Position numbers and translations under genes: made by a program
The notes under the pieces: model-generated
What the model was told of the DNA's origin: nothing
Seen by the model: only the letters and a program-made list of their open reading frames with translations
Database searches by the model: none
From: Clostridia bacterium
GTDB lineage: Bacteria > Bacillota > Clostridia > TANB77 > UBA1234
Reading direction: 5' to 3'
Length of the DNA stretch: 64,000 nucleotides
Assembly (NCBI GenBank): GCA_017469545.1
Contig: JAFUGE010000008.1
Coordinates: forward strand, 127,268-191,267
In this document: in pieces, positions 37,881-49,730 of the stretch
Numbering within the stretch: position 1 is the stretch's first letter
How the letters are laid out: each line of letters begins with the position of its first letter

Positions 37881-38836
37881 AAATTTTAGTTTTTGAAGCT
37901 ACGGAGTATGAAAAGCAAAGAATGGAAGATGCCTTGAGAGAGAATGAAGTAATATTCTTTGAAGAACCAATTCACGAAGTTAAGTTAGAGGGGTATGCGG
38001 ATTGTGAAGCGATTTCTGTGTTTGTTCATTCGAAGGTAACGAAAGAAGTTTTAGAGAAATTGCCTCATTTGAAAGTAATAGCTACGCGCTCGACGGGAGT
38101 AGACCATATTGATAGCGATTATTGTAATGAGCATGACGTAGCTGTGAAGAATGTTCCTCTATATGGTGAAAATACTGTTGCGGAGCATACTTTTGCACTT
38201 ATCTTATCACTTTCGAGAAAAATTCATAAATCATATGTAAGATCAATTCGAGGCAATTTTTCTTCGGAAGGATTACAAGGTTTTGATCTGCAAGATAAGA
38301 CGATAGGTATTATCGGGGGAGGACGTATTGGTCTTCATGTAGCCAGAATGGCGAAGAGTTTTGGAATGCACGTAAGAGTGTATGATATTAAAGAAGACGC
38401 TTTTCTTGCGGAACTAATTAATTTTAAATATGTTTCATTAGACGAATTATATAAACAGTCAGATATTATTTCGCTTCACGTTCCGCTTAATAAATATACG
38501 GAGCATATGATTAATCGTGAGAGCCTGAAAAAGGTGAAAACAGGAGCACTGCTTATTAATACGGCACGTGGCGGATTGGTTGATACAGATGCTTTGCTTG
38601 CTGCTTTGGAAGAAGGAATTCTTTCTGGAGCTGGCTTAGATGTAATTGAAGGCGAAGAGTATTTGATGGAGGAAAATTTGGTAAATTCTCCGATTGAAGA
38701 GGCAAGTAAAATTATTGCTTCTAGTAAGAAATTGTTGGAAAATGAAAATGTTGTTATGACGCCACACAATGCATTTAATAGTATTGAGGCGGTAAATAGG
38801 ATTATTGATAAAACGATTGAAAATTTAAGCATGTAG
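37877..38836 (+). CDS. D-isomer-specific 2-hydroxyacid dehydrogenase family protein
   Basis: NAD-binding GIIGGGRIG and catalytic-domain layout (VIATRSTGVDHID ... TPHNAF); stop TAG at 38834-38836 is the TAG of the following REP. Confidence 0.75.
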   Translation: MKILVFEATEYEKQRMEDALRENEVIFFEEPIHEVKLEGYADCEAISVFVHSKVTKEVLEKLPHLKVIATRSTGVDHIDSDYCNEHDVAVKNVPLYGENTVAEHTFALILSLSRKIHKSYVRSIRGNFSSEGLQGFDLQDKTIGIIGGGRIGLHVARMAKSFGMHVRVYDIKEDAFLAELINFKYVSLDELYKQSDIISLHVPLNKYTEHMINRESLKKVKTGALLINTARGGLVDTDALLAALEEGILSGAGLDVIEGEEYLMEENLVNSPIEEASKIIASSKKLLENENVVMTPHNAFNSIEAVNRIIDKTIENLSM

Positions 38837-38858
38837 GGGCAGCGTATTACGCTGCCCG
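38832..38858. repeat. REP-like palindromic element overlapping the upstream stop codon
   Basis: TGTAGGGGCAGCGTATTACGCTGCCCG. Confidence 0.85.
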
Positions 38859-38893
38859 GGAAACACCAAATACATATATAAGGAGGGTAAAAT

Positions 38894-39601
38894 ATGCCGA
38901 AGCCAAAGTATAAAAGAATTTTACTAAAATTAAGTGGTGAAGTTTTAGCAGGAGAAAGAGGATTTGGAATTGACACGGCAACACTTGGCAAAGTATGTGA
39001 TAGCATCAAACGAATTGCTGATATGGGAGTAGAAATTGCGATTGTGATTGGTGGCGGTAACTTTTGGCGTGGAAGGAAAGCCGTTGATATGGAGAGAACA
39101 ACGGCGGACTATATGGGAATGCTTGCAACGATAATGAATGGACAAGCACTTCAAGATGCTCTAGAATACAGAGGCTTAGATACAAGGCTTCAAACATCGA
39201 TTGAAATGCATCAAATCGCAGAACCATATATTAGAAGAAAAGCAGTAAGACATTTAGAGAAGGGCAGAATTGTTATTTTTTCTGGCGGAACTGGCAATCC
39301 GTTTTTCTCAACAGATACGTGTGCAGCGCTTAGAGCAACAGAAATCAATGCTGAAATTATTTTGTTTGGGAAAACGATTGATGGTGTTTATGATTCAGAC
39401 CCAAAAGAAAATCCAAATGCAAAAAAATACGACGAAATATCATATACGGAGATTTTGAATAATAATCTTAAAGTAATAGATTCGACGGCAGCGTCACTTT
39501 GTAGAGATAATAATGTGGAGACAATGATTTTTGATTTGTCAGACCCTGAAAATATCATAAAAGCAGTATGTGGCGAGACAATTGGTACATACGTCAAATA
39601 G
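38894..39601 (+). CDS. pyrH: UMP kinase
   Basis: [14 protein letters not shown]...[11 protein letters not shown] canonical PyrH motifs; operon pyrH-frr-uppS-cdsA. Confidence 0.9.
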   Translation: MPKPKYKRILLKLSGEVLAGERGFGIDTATLGKVCDSIKRIADMGVEIAIVIGGGNFWRGRKAVDMERTTADYMGMLATIMNGQALQDALEYRGLDTRLQTSIEMHQIAEPYIRRKAVRHLEKGRIVIFSGGTGNPFFSTDTCAALRATEINAEIILFGKTIDGVYDSDPKENPNAKKYDEISYTEILNNNLKVIDSTAASLCRDNNVETMIFDLSDPENIIKAVCGETIGTYVK

Positions 39602-39604
39602 AAA

Positions 39605-39631
39605 TGTAGGGGCAGCGTAGCACGCTGCCCG
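39605..39631. repeat. REP-like palindromic element
   Basis: TGTAGGGGCAGCGTAGCACGCTGCCCG directly after the pyrH stop. Confidence 0.85.
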
Positions 39632-39666
39632 CACACAAAAAATAAAAAATGAAGGGAAGAAAAAAT

Positions 39667-40212
39667 ATGTATAGTGAAATTGAAGAAAAAATGAAGAAAA
39701 CTTTAGCAGTTCTTGACGAGCAATTGGCAGGCGTGAGAGCAGGCCGTGCTAATCCAAAGATTTTGGATAAGATTTTAGTAGATTATTACGGCGCGCCAAC
39801 GCCAATCAATCAATTGGCAAATATTATGGTTCCAGAGGCTAGAATGATTACGATTCAACCTTGGGATGCTAGCGTACTAAAAGAGATTGAAAAAGAAATT
39901 CAAAAATCGGATATTGGTATTAATCCAAATAATGACGGAAAGCTAATCAGACTTGTATTTCCAGAGCTTACGGAGGAAAGAAGAAAAGAGCTTGTCAAGG
40001 ATATTAAGAAAATGGCTGAGGATAGCAAGATTGCAATAAGAAGCATTCGTCGTGATGGCATTGAGTCTTTTAAGGCAAAGCAAAAGGCTAGTGAAATTAC
40101 AGAAGACGAATTGCATAACGCGGAAGACCAAATTCAAAAATTAACAGACAAATATACAGATATGATTGATAAGGCGTATGCAGAGAAAGAAAAGGAAATC
40201 ATGTCGATATAA
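39667..40212 (+). CDS. frr: ribosome recycling factor
   Basis: [36 protein letters not shown] canonical RRF; ATG 39667 preferred over track start 39649. Confidence 0.85.
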   Translation: MYSEIEEKMKKTLAVLDEQLAGVRAGRANPKILDKILVDYYGAPTPINQLANIMVPEARMITIQPWDASVLKEIEKEIQKSDIGINPNNDGKLIRLVFPELTEERRKELVKDIKKMAEDSKIAIRSIRRDGIESFKAKQKASEITEDELHNAEDQIQKLTDKYTDMIDKAYAEKEKEIMSI

Positions 40213-40215
40213 ACT

Positions 40216-40244
40216 TGTAGGGATTGCGTAGCACGCAACCTGCA
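40216..40244. repeat. REP-like variant (TGTAGGGATTGCGTAGCACGCAACCTGCA)
   Basis: Same architecture with TTGCGT/ACGCAA stem. Confidence 0.6.
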
Positions 40245-40278
40245 ATTCACGTAACACAATGTTACAGAAAGGAAGACA

Positions 40279-40989
40279 ATGATGGAATCTAGCTTAGTGA
40301 TACCGAATCATATTGCTATGATTATGGATGGAAACAGAAGATGGGCCAGAAAAAGAGGGCTGCCAACGCAGATAGGGCACAGTGAAGGCGCAAAGACGAT
40401 GCAAAATATTGCAGAGTACTTAGAAGAGCTTGGCGTGAAGTACATGACGGTGTACGCTTTTTCTACGGAGAATTGGAAACGTAGCAAAGAAGAAGTCGAC
40501 TATTTGATGCAACTTTTGGAAAAATACATAAGAGAGTTTGATAAAAAAATCAAAGGAAGAAATATTAGGCTAAAGCTAGTGGGGGATATTGAGCCACTTC
40601 CAAAGGGACTTCAAGAGGGCATTAGAGAAATTGAAGAAAGAACCAAAAATAATACGGGCCTTACTGTGAATGTGGCGATTAATTATGGCGGCAGAGCCGA
40701 GATTGTAAATGCTACGAAAAAAATTGCGGAAGAGGTAAGCGTAGGCGCATTAGAGCCGAAAGACATTACAGAAGAACTATTTAGTACTTATGTGTATACT
40801 GCGGGAATGCCAGACCCTGACTTAGTCATAAGAACTGGAGGAGAGATACGCTCAAGCGGTTTTTTAACGTGGCAATCTGTTTATTCAGAATTTTATTACA
40901 CAGAATGTTTGTGGCCAGATTTTGGCAAAAAAGAATTAGACAAAGCGATAGCAGAATACAATAATAGAAAGAGAAATTTTGGGAAATAG
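40279..40989 (+). CDS. uppS: isoprenyl transferase (undecaprenyl diphosphate synthase)
   Basis: PNHIAMIMDGNRRWA and YAFSTENWKR cis-prenyltransferase motifs. Confidence 0.9.
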   Translation: MMESSLVIPNHIAMIMDGNRRWARKRGLPTQIGHSEGAKTMQNIAEYLEELGVKYMTVYAFSTENWKRSKEEVDYLMQLLEKYIREFDKKIKGRNIRLKLVGDIEPLPKGLQEGIREIEERTKNNTGLTVNVAINYGGRAEIVNATKKIAEEVSVGALEPKDITEELFSTYVYTAGMPDPDLVIRTGGEIRSSGFLTWQSVYSEFYYTECLWPDFGKKELDKAIAEYNNRKRNFGK

Positions 40990-41002
40990 TTGGAGGCAAA
41001 AA

Positions 41003-41802
41003 TGCTAAAGAGATTCATATCAATGATTGTAGGTATTTTGATACTTGCAGGAGTGATGTTACTAAATAGTACACTGGTGTTTAGTATAGCGGTAACGGTT
41101 GTGGCTATGATTGGACTGTATGAATTCTATCACACGCTAAAGCAGAGAGATGTTCATCCTATCGAGTGGCTGGGATATATCGTTACGTTTGGACTAATTT
41201 TTATACCATATATTCCTGTCGCGACATTAAGAGTAATTTTGGTAATGATATTGCCGGCAGCCTTGCTTGTGCTTTTTTCTGCATCGATATTTAGTAATTT
41301 AAAAAGAAATATTTTAGATATTTCGGTTACCGTTCTGGGAATGATATACGTTACTTATTTATTTTCTTTCTTGATATTTACAAGGCAATTGGAAAATGGC
41401 ACTTATTATTTATGGTTTATCTTAGCTGGAGCTTGGATAACAGATATTTTTGCTTATCTTGTTGGGATGGCAATTGGAAAACACCACTTTTCAGAGATAA
41501 GCCCTAAGAAGTCTATTGAAGGATGCATTGGTGGAATTGTTGGATGTGCGTTGTTCTTCATTGGATATTCGTATTATTTAAATAGTATTGGATTTGAATT
41601 AAACTATATTGTAATGGGAATAATAGGAATTGTAGTTAGTATCATATCTCAAATTGGCGATTTTGCAGCTTCTTCTATTAAGAGGTATTGCAAGGTAAAA
41701 GACTTTGGCAATATTATGCCAGGGCACGGCGGCGTCTTAGATAGATTTGATAGCATTTTGTTTGTGGCACCATTTGTGTATTTATTGTTTAGTATGATGT
41801 AA
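41003..41802 (+). CDS. cdsA: phosphatidate cytidylyltransferase
   Basis: Polytopic membrane protein with C-terminal CTP-transferase signature SxxKRxxxxKDxGxxxPGHGGxxDRxD (SIKRYCKVKDFGNIMPGHGGVLDRFDS). Confidence 0.85.
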
Positions 41803-41805
41803 ATT

Positions 41806-41833
41806 GTAGGGGGCAGCATAGAACGCTGTCCGC
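41806..41833. repeat. degenerate REP-like element (TGTAGGGGGCAGCATAGAACGCTGTCCG)
   Basis: Recognisable GTAG plus imperfect palindrome. Confidence 0.55.
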
Positions 41834-41851
41834 ATTTATCATGGAGGAAAT

Positions 41852-43099
41852 ATGACCGTTATTTGGGGAATTTTGAAAATAATTATTTTATTAGGTACGT
41901 TAGTCACAATACACGAATTGGGACATTTTTTAGTTGCGAAAGCTTGCAATGTGAAAGTGCTTAAATTTGCAATTGGTTTTGGACCTAAAATATTTTCTAA
42001 AGTAAAGGGAGAAACAGAATATGCGCTTCGCGCGATTCCTTTTGGAGGCTTTGTGCAGATGGAGGGGGAAGATACGCAGTCGGAAGACGAGAGGGCTTTT
42101 CATAGAAAGCCGATATGGCAGAGAATGCTAATCATTGTCGCGGGCGCGACAGTAAATATTTTGTTTGCCCTTGTTTTGTATTTTGGTATTTGTGCGAGTA
42201 CGAATGTATATATGAGTACGATTATAGAAAATGTAGATGTTACCAGTGCGGCTTATGAGGCGGGATTAAGAAGCGGAGATAAAATTATTTCTGTTAATGG
42301 AAAGAACGTGGTAAACAAAACAGACGTAACCAACGCCATTGGTAATAGCAAAACAGACGATGTTGTTTTTGAAATTGAAAGAGATGGAGAAAGAAAAAAG
42401 ATTGTTATCACGATTCCCGAAGAGCAAATTGGAATGGTTGGTGTTGGATTTAGCACTGACGCGGAAATTGTATATATTCAAGCGGGAGGGGCGGCCCAAA
42501 ATGCGGGATTGCTTGTTGGCGATAAAGTTGTTTCAGTGAATGGCGAAAGAGGGCTTTCGGCAGCGGAATATACGGATAGGATTAAGGCTTCTGCAAATAC
42601 TGCGATGGATTTTGTCATAGAGCGTGAGGGAGAAGAGAAAGTATTTAGTGTGATTCCAGAGGCCAGAAGTGTGAAGATATTTGATGTGGATTATAAAATT
42701 TTGAGAGGACTTAGTTTTGGAGAGAACTCATATTATGCCATTAATGAGACGAAGTATTATTTTAGAGAGACGATAAAGGCCTTTGTCTCGCTACTTGGTG
42801 GCAAAGCAGAGAATGCAGAAGTAATGGGGCCTGTTGGTATTGCGGGAGAAATTACGAAGACGGAAGATTTTGTAGATTTCTTCTACATGATGTCGGCCAT
42901 TAGTTTTAGTTTGGGAATCTTTAATTTACTACCAATTCCAGGACTAGACGGCGGAAAATTTTTATTCTTGCTAATTGAGTGGATTCGCAAAAAGCCAATG
43001 AAGGAAAAGACAGAAGTCTCGTGGCAATTAGCAGGATTTGCATTAATAATTATGATGGCAATAATGGTTACAGTGAAAGACGTTGTAAATTTATTTTAA
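41852..43099 (+). CDS. rseP: RIP metalloprotease RseP (site-2 protease, M50 with PDZ domains)
   Basis: HELGHFLVAKACNV (HExxH in TM1), PDZ segments, C-terminal LDGG motif. Confidence 0.85.
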   Translation: MTVIWGILKIIILLGTLVTIHELGHFLVAKACNVKVLKFAIGFGPKIFSKVKGETEYALRAIPFGGFVQMEGEDTQSEDERAFHRKPIWQRMLIIVAGATVNILFALVLYFGICASTNVYMSTIIENVDVTSAAYEAGLRSGDKIISVNGKNVVNKTDVTNAIGNSKTDDVVFEIERDGERKKIVITIPEEQIGMVGVGFSTDAEIVYIQAGGAAQNAGLLVGDKVVSVNGERGLSAAEYTDRIKASANTAMDFVIEREGEEKVFSVIPEARSVKIFDVDYKILRGLSFGENSYYAINETKYYFRETIKAFVSLLGGKAENAEVMGPVGIAGEITKTEDFVDFFYMMSAISFSLGIFNLLPIPGLDGGKFLFLLIEWIRKKPMKEKTEVSWQLAGFALIIMMAIMVTVKDVVNLF

Positions 43100-43147
43100 T
43101 GTTTTGCAATGTTGACGTTTGTTTGGAAGAATGATACAATTATTTTA

Positions 43148-43174
43148 CGGGCAGCGTAGTACGCTGCCCCTACA
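43148..43174. repeat. REP-like palindromic element (reverse orientation)
   Basis: CGGGCAGCGTAGTACGCTGCCCCTACA. Confidence 0.85.
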
Positions 43175-43201
43175 ATTATAAAATACCAAAGGATGGATTA
43201 A

Positions 43202-44836
43202 ATGAAGAAGAATAAATTTGTTGAGGGAACGATTTTTGCCTATGCCATGATTTTAATTACGAAAGTGATAGGCGCGCTATATGTAATTCCTTTTTATAAG
43301 ATTATAGGTACATCGGGTGGTGTACTTTATTCTTATGCCTATAGCGTATACAATTTCTTTTTGGATATTTCTACTAGCGGTGTGCCTACGGCGGTTAGCA
43401 TTATTATTGCGGAATACAATAGCCTGAAAATGTTTAATGAGCGAGAGTATGCTTTTAAAGTGGCCAATAAGCTAGTGACAGTGATTTCGTTTATTGCATT
43501 TTTAGTGATGTTCTTGTTTGCGGAACCTCTTGCTAGATTTTTCATTAAAGATATACAAGCAGATGTTTCAATTGCAAGTATTGTTTTGGTAATAAGAGTA
43601 ATTTCTTTCTGTTTGCTTATCATTCCTTTTCTTAGTGTACTTAGAGGATATTTGCAAGGAAATAAGTTTGTGTCGGCTTCTTCGTCAAGCCAGTTAATCG
43701 AGCAATTAGTAAGAGTTTTTATTGCACTTGTGGGTTCTTATGTGGCAATCAATGTTTTGCAGTTAAACATTCCTACGGGCGTTTCCATCGCACTTTCTGG
43801 CACAGTGTTGGGTGGCTTGGCAGCTTATTTGTTCCTTAGAGGAAAGATACGAAGAAATAAAGAACAGTTTGAAGAAGGCGTGACAAGCCCAGAAGATTCA
43901 ACAGTAACAGCAAAAGAAATTATGAAAAAAATTATTTCTCGTGCTGTGCCTGTTATTATTATTGCAGCAACCCAAAATATTTATGGAATGATTGATTTAA
44001 AGCTTATTATAAAGGGCTTACATATGATTGGCTATGATGCGGATACGTGCCAACTTTTAGGAAGTATTGTTGTTACTTGGGCACCGAAAATTTGTATGAT
44101 TATTAATTCCATTGCGATTAGCATGTGCTTAAGCATTATTCCGTTTATTGTGAATAGTTATGTGCAAAATGAGAAAAAAGAATTGAACAAAAAGTTTAAT
44201 CAGGCAGTCAATACTATATTGTATATTTCTATTCCGCTTGCTTTTTTCATTTATGCTTTTGGCAAACAGATTTATTTTATCTTCTATGGAAGCAGCCCAT
44301 ATGGTGGAAATGTGCTAGCGCTAAATGCTTTAGTTAGTGTGTTCTTCTGCTTGCAAATGGTAATGGATATGATACTTCAGGGTATGAAGAATTACGATAT
44401 TGTTTATATGAATACGGTAGTGGGACTTGCGATTAATGCTGTTTTAGATGTGCCAATGATTTTATTGCTAAATCATTGGGGCCTAAATCCATATTTGGGT
44501 TCTATGGTGGCAACGCTAATTGGATTAATCGTTTCCATAGGAATTATTATGATTGGTATTAAAAAGAGATTTGGCTTTAATTATAATTCTATTGTTAGAA
44601 ATTTGATCAAAATTTTATTTGCTGTGATCATTATGACGGTGCTAATCGTTGTGCTTAAACTTGTGATGCCGGCGACAACTACTTTCATGTCAACATTTAT
44701 GATTTTGGCACTATTCGGTGTATTAGCAATAGGATTGTATGTTTTTATTACTTACAAAATGGGAACTATGAATGATATTTTAGGGGAGGATTTTATTGAG
44801 AAAATAGTTAGCAAATTTAAACCAAAGAAAATATAG
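43202..44836 (+). CDS. MOP-superfamily polysaccharide/peptidoglycan precursor flippase (SpoVB/MurJ-like)
   Basis: 544 aa, about 14 TM helices, N-terminus typical of stage V sporulation protein B-like flippases. Confidence 0.6.
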   Translation: MKKNKFVEGTIFAYAMILITKVIGALYVIPFYKIIGTSGGVLYSYAYSVYNFFLDISTSGVPTAVSIIIAEYNSLKMFNEREYAFKVANKLVTVISFIAFLVMFLFAEPLARFFIKDIQADVSIASIVLVIRVISFCLLIIPFLSVLRGYLQGNKFVSASSSSQLIEQLVRVFIALVGSYVAINVLQLNIPTGVSIALSGTVLGGLAAYLFLRGKIRRNKEQFEEGVTSPEDSTVTAKEIMKKIISRAVPVIIIAATQNIYGMIDLKLIIKGLHMIGYDADTCQLLGSIVVTWAPKICMIINSIAISMCLSIIPFIVNSYVQNEKKELNKKFNQAVNTILYISIPLAFFIYAFGKQIYFIFYGSSPYGGNVLALNALVSVFFCLQMVMDMILQGMKNYDIVYMNTVVGLAINAVLDVPMILLLNHWGLNPYLGSMVATLIGLIVSIGIIMIGIKKRFGFNYNSIVRNLIKILFAVIIMTVLIVVLKLVMPATTTFMSTFMILALFGVLAIGLYVFITYKMGTMNDILGEDFIEKIVSKFKPKKI

Positions 44837-44875
44837 AAATGAATTTGGCGAATGTTTAAAGGGGGAACTTAAAAC

Positions 44876-45889
44876 ATGGGGCTTCTTAGTTATATGCTAA
44901 AAAGAGTAAGTGGCTTTGATAAGAAGAGATTTGAGAAGCATGTAGACATTATTTCTAAAAATACAGGGAAATCGAAAATTGATATTAAGCTTGATTTCTT
45001 AAGAAATTTTGTGAAGTACGGATGTGGCTATACGGATTATTTTAGAGGGGACTACATCAATTTAACGGACGAGCAAAAGAAAACTTTTGTCACGGCAAAA
45101 TCATTTTATAAAATTTTGCATTATTTGAATGATAGTGAGCGCGCCCAAATACTAAGTGACAAGATTGCTTTTAACCATTTTTTCAAAGAATTTTTGAAAA
45201 GAGATTTTATTGATTTAAGGACGACGAACCTAGAAGAATTTGAGAAATTTTTAGAGGGAAAAGAAGTGGTTTTTGCCAAGGTGATTGACAGCTTCGGTGG
45301 GCATGGGGTTAGTAAGATTTTGCTATCTGAATATCCTGATAAGGAAGTGTTGTTAAAGGAATTAATAGAGAAGAAGCAATTCCTTTGTGAAGAGGCGCTT
45401 GTGCAAAGTGACGAACTAAATGAGATTAACCCGAATGCAATTAATTCCTTTAGAGTTGTTACCTTGTACAAAGAGGGCAAAGCGTATGTTTTGAATAATG
45501 CTCTTAGAGTGAATCAGGACGCGAGCGAAGTAATCGGCAGCACGAATGATTTGTATTTTAGTTTAGGGGAAGATGGAAAAATTGATAGTAATGTGGTAGA
45601 CGATTATGGAAATATTTACGAGGCGCATCCTTTGACAGGAAAAAGATTTAGTGAAGTACAAATTCATGGCGTGAAAGAGGCTTTCGAGATGTGTAAGGAG
45701 GCTGCACTTAAATTGCCCGAGGTAAGATATATTGGATGGGACGTAGCCTTTACTAATCAAGGGCCAGCAATTATTGAGGGCAACGAGTATCCCGGTTACG
45801 GCATTATTCAGTTTTATAGGCTAAAAAATAGCAAGACGGGGCATAGAAAAGAGATTGAGGATGTTCTTGGTGAGAAGCTAAAAATTTAA
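44876..45889 (+). CDS. ATP-grasp domain protein (TupA-like, sugar-transfer associated), putative
   Basis: 337 aa; central VFAKVIDSFGGHGVSKI Gly-rich loop and C-terminal acidic motifs resemble ATP-grasp ligases; assignment tentative. Confidence 0.4.
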   Translation: MGLLSYMLKRVSGFDKKRFEKHVDIISKNTGKSKIDIKLDFLRNFVKYGCGYTDYFRGDYINLTDEQKKTFVTAKSFYKILHYLNDSERAQILSDKIAFNHFFKEFLKRDFIDLRTTNLEEFEKFLEGKEVVFAKVIDSFGGHGVSKILLSEYPDKEVLLKELIEKKQFLCEEALVQSDELNEINPNAINSFRVVTLYKEGKAYVLNNALRVNQDASEVIGSTNDLYFSLGEDGKIDSNVVDDYGNIYEAHPLTGKRFSEVQIHGVKEAFEMCKEAALKLPEVRYIGWDVAFTNQGPAIIEGNEYPGYGIIQFYRLKNSKTGHRKEIEDVLGEKLKI

Positions 45890-45909
45890 TGTGAATTTGT
45901 TGTAAAAAA

Positions 45910-45936
45910 TTAGCACTTGGTATTGACAAGTGCTAA
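45910..45936. promoter_or_regulatory. CIRCE operator (TTAGCACTT-N9-AAGTGCTAA), HrcA binding site
   Basis: Near-consensus CIRCE inverted repeat upstream of hrcA. Confidence 0.8.
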
Positions 45937-45962
45937 TTTTTTTGATATTTTTATGGTTGTGA

Positions 45963-45989
45963 TTAGCAATGAATTTGAAAGAGTGCTAA
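45963..45989. promoter_or_regulatory. second CIRCE-like operator (TTAGCAATG-N9-GAGTGCTAA)
   Basis: Second copy 27 nt downstream; the right half is consensus, the left half has one mismatch. Confidence 0.65.
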
Positions 45990-45994
45990 TTTTT

Positions 45995-46068
45995 CGGGCA
46001 GCGTACTACGCTGCCCCTACAGAGAAAATGATATGTTGAATTGTAGGGGCGACGTATCACGCCGCCCG
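45995..46068. repeat. REP-like inverted doublet between CIRCE and hrcA
   Basis: CGGGCAGCGTACTACGCTGCCCCTACAG ... TGTAGGGGCGACGTATCACGCCGCCCG. Confidence 0.85.
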
Positions 46069-46097
46069 GAGACGAACCATATAAGGTGGTGATTGAT

Positions 46098-47150
46098 TTG
46101 CTGGATGACAGAAAGAGGAAGATTTTGGAGGCTGTCATTGAAGAGTATAATAAAACGGCGGAGCCAGTGTCTTCTAGTAAGATAGTGAGCGACTACAATT
46201 TAGATTTTAGTAGTGCTACGATTAGAAATGAAATGGCAGAGCTAGAAGAGCTTGGCTATTTGGAGCAGCCACATACGTCAAGCGGCAGAATTCCTTCAAG
46301 CAAGGGGTATAGGCTTTATATCGATACAATTATGAAAGAGAAGAACCTTACGGTAAGGGAAAAAGAGAACATTGACGCGATTTTGCAAAGTGATATTGCA
46401 AAGTTTGAAAATATTATTAAAGAGGCTTCTAATATTTTATCAAGGCTGACGAATTATGCTTCTATTGCGATTGGGCCTGGAATGGAGTCTTGCACAGTTG
46501 ACGAGATTAAGCTTGTAAAGCTTGGCAAAGATAGATTAATGATTGTTGTTTTGGCGGATAATGGCATTGTGAAAGAATCTATTATCAATTGCAATGAAGA
46601 GATTCCAGAACAGAACATTGAGATTTTTAATAATTATCTAAATTACAAACTTAGGGGTATGAATTTTAGGGATATTTATGACAATATCAATGAATATGTG
46701 GAAGAAGAGCTGAATAATATTAGCAACAATATTGTGCCACTGATTGTAGAGCTAAATCATTTGCTAAAAGATGGCGATTCGAATGTGTATGTGGATGGAA
46801 CGAAGAATTTACTTGCGCTTCCAGAACTTAAAAAATCAGATGCGTTGGAGCGATTTATCAATATTATTGAGACAAAAGACGTGATTAAGGAATTAGTCAA
46901 ATCAGGGTATGACGGAAATATTAATGTATATATTGGCCAAGAAACTTCATTTGAAGATTTGAAAGATTTTACGATTATTACGTATAGGCAGTCTATTAAT
47001 GATAAAGAAGTGGGAACAATAGGAATTATAGGGCCGAAGCGAATGGACTACAAGAAAGTAATTCCTACCATCAAGTACTTAGGAGATGCAATACAACAAA
47101 AAATAAATCGAGGAGGAGAAGAGGATGGCAGAAGCAAAGGGAAAGAATGA
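46098..47150 (+). CDS. hrcA: heat-inducible transcription repressor HrcA
   Basis: LDDRKRKILEAVIEEYNKTAEPVSSSKI winged-helix N-terminus typical of HrcA; TTG at 46098 is 8 nt after AAGGTGG (the track gives GTG 46086 overlapping the RBS). Confidence 0.8.
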   Translation: MLDDRKRKILEAVIEEYNKTAEPVSSSKIVSDYNLDFSSATIRNEMAELEELGYLEQPHTSSGRIPSSKGYRLYIDTIMKEKNLTVREKENIDAILQSDIAKFENIIKEASNILSRLTNYASIAIGPGMESCTVDEIKLVKLGKDRLMIVVLADNGIVKESIINCNEEIPEQNIEIFNNYLNYKLRGMNFRDIYDNINEYVEEELNNISNNIVPLIVELNHLLKDGDSNVYVDGTKNLLALPELKKSDALERFINIIETKDVIKELVKSGYDGNINVYIGQETSFEDLKDFTIITYRQSINDKEVGTIGIIGPKRMDYKKVIPTIKYLGDAIQQKINRGGEEDGRSKGKE

Positions 47151-47652
47151 AGAACTTGAAGTGGAAAATGAGGAATTGGCAGAAGAGGTAGAAAAAACTG
47201 CTGAAGAGTTGGAAGACGAGGTTGCTAAGCTTAAGAAAGAAAATGGCAAGTATTATGAACATTTACAAAGGACAGCGGCCGAGTTTGACAATTACAAGAA
47301 GAGGATTAGCAAAGAAAAAGATAGTATTTATAAACTTGCTGTTGGCGATGTCGTTTTGAAGTATATTCCGATTGTGGATAACTTGGAAAAGGCGATTCAA
47401 GCAGAAACGCAAGACGAGAAAATGAAAGAAGGTGTAGAGTTAATATATAAGCAGCTTTTAGAGATTATGACATCTCTAGGAGTGGAGCAAGTGGAAGCGG
47501 TAAATCAGCCGTTTAATCCAGAATTCCACGAGGCAGTGATGCATATCGAGGACGAAAATTATGGAGAAAAAATAGTAGTGGAAGATTTTAGAAAAGGCTA
47601 TAAAATGGGTGACCGAGTTTTGAGGCACTCTATGGTTAAGGTAGCAAATTAA
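47125..47652 (+). CDS. grpE: nucleotide exchange factor GrpE
   Basis: Acidic coiled-coil N-terminus, RTAAEFDNYKKR and C-terminal beta domain; overlaps the hrcA end. Confidence 0.85.
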   Translation: MAEAKGKNEELEVENEELAEEVEKTAEELEDEVAKLKKENGKYYEHLQRTAAEFDNYKKRISKEKDSIYKLAVGDVVLKYIPIVDNLEKAIQAETQDEKMKEGVELIYKQLLEIMTSLGVEQVEAVNQPFNPEFHEAVMHIEDENYGEKIVVEDFRKGYKMGDRVLRHSMVKVAN

Positions 47653-47653
47653 T

Positions 47654-47708
47654 TGTAGAGGGTACGTATTATGCAACCCACGGGTAGCGTAATACGCTGC
47701 CCCTACAG
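47654..47708. repeat. REP-like inverted doublet (first copy degenerate)
   Basis: TGTAGAGGGTACGTATTATGCAACCCACG ... CGGGTAGCGTAATACGCTGCCCCTACAG. Confidence 0.7.
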
Positions 47709-47740
47709 AAATATTTAAGAGGTAATAAAGAAAGGAATGA

Positions 47741-49591
<1,851 letters not shown>

Positions 49592-49596
49592 AACAA

Positions 49597-49685
49597 TTGT
49601 AGGGGCGGCGTAGCACGCCGCCCATGAGATGATGAATACATAAATGTATTGTAATATTCGGGCAGCGTGCTACGCTGCCCCTACA
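49597..49685. repeat. REP-like inverted doublet between dnaK and dnaJ
   Basis: TGTAGGGGCGGCGTAGCACGCCGCCC ... CGGGCAGCGTGCTACGCTGCCCCTACAG separated by an AT-rich spacer. Confidence 0.85.
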
Positions 49686-49730
49686 GATTACCACAAATTA
49701 ATACATTTATAAAAGAAAGGGTGCCAAAAA

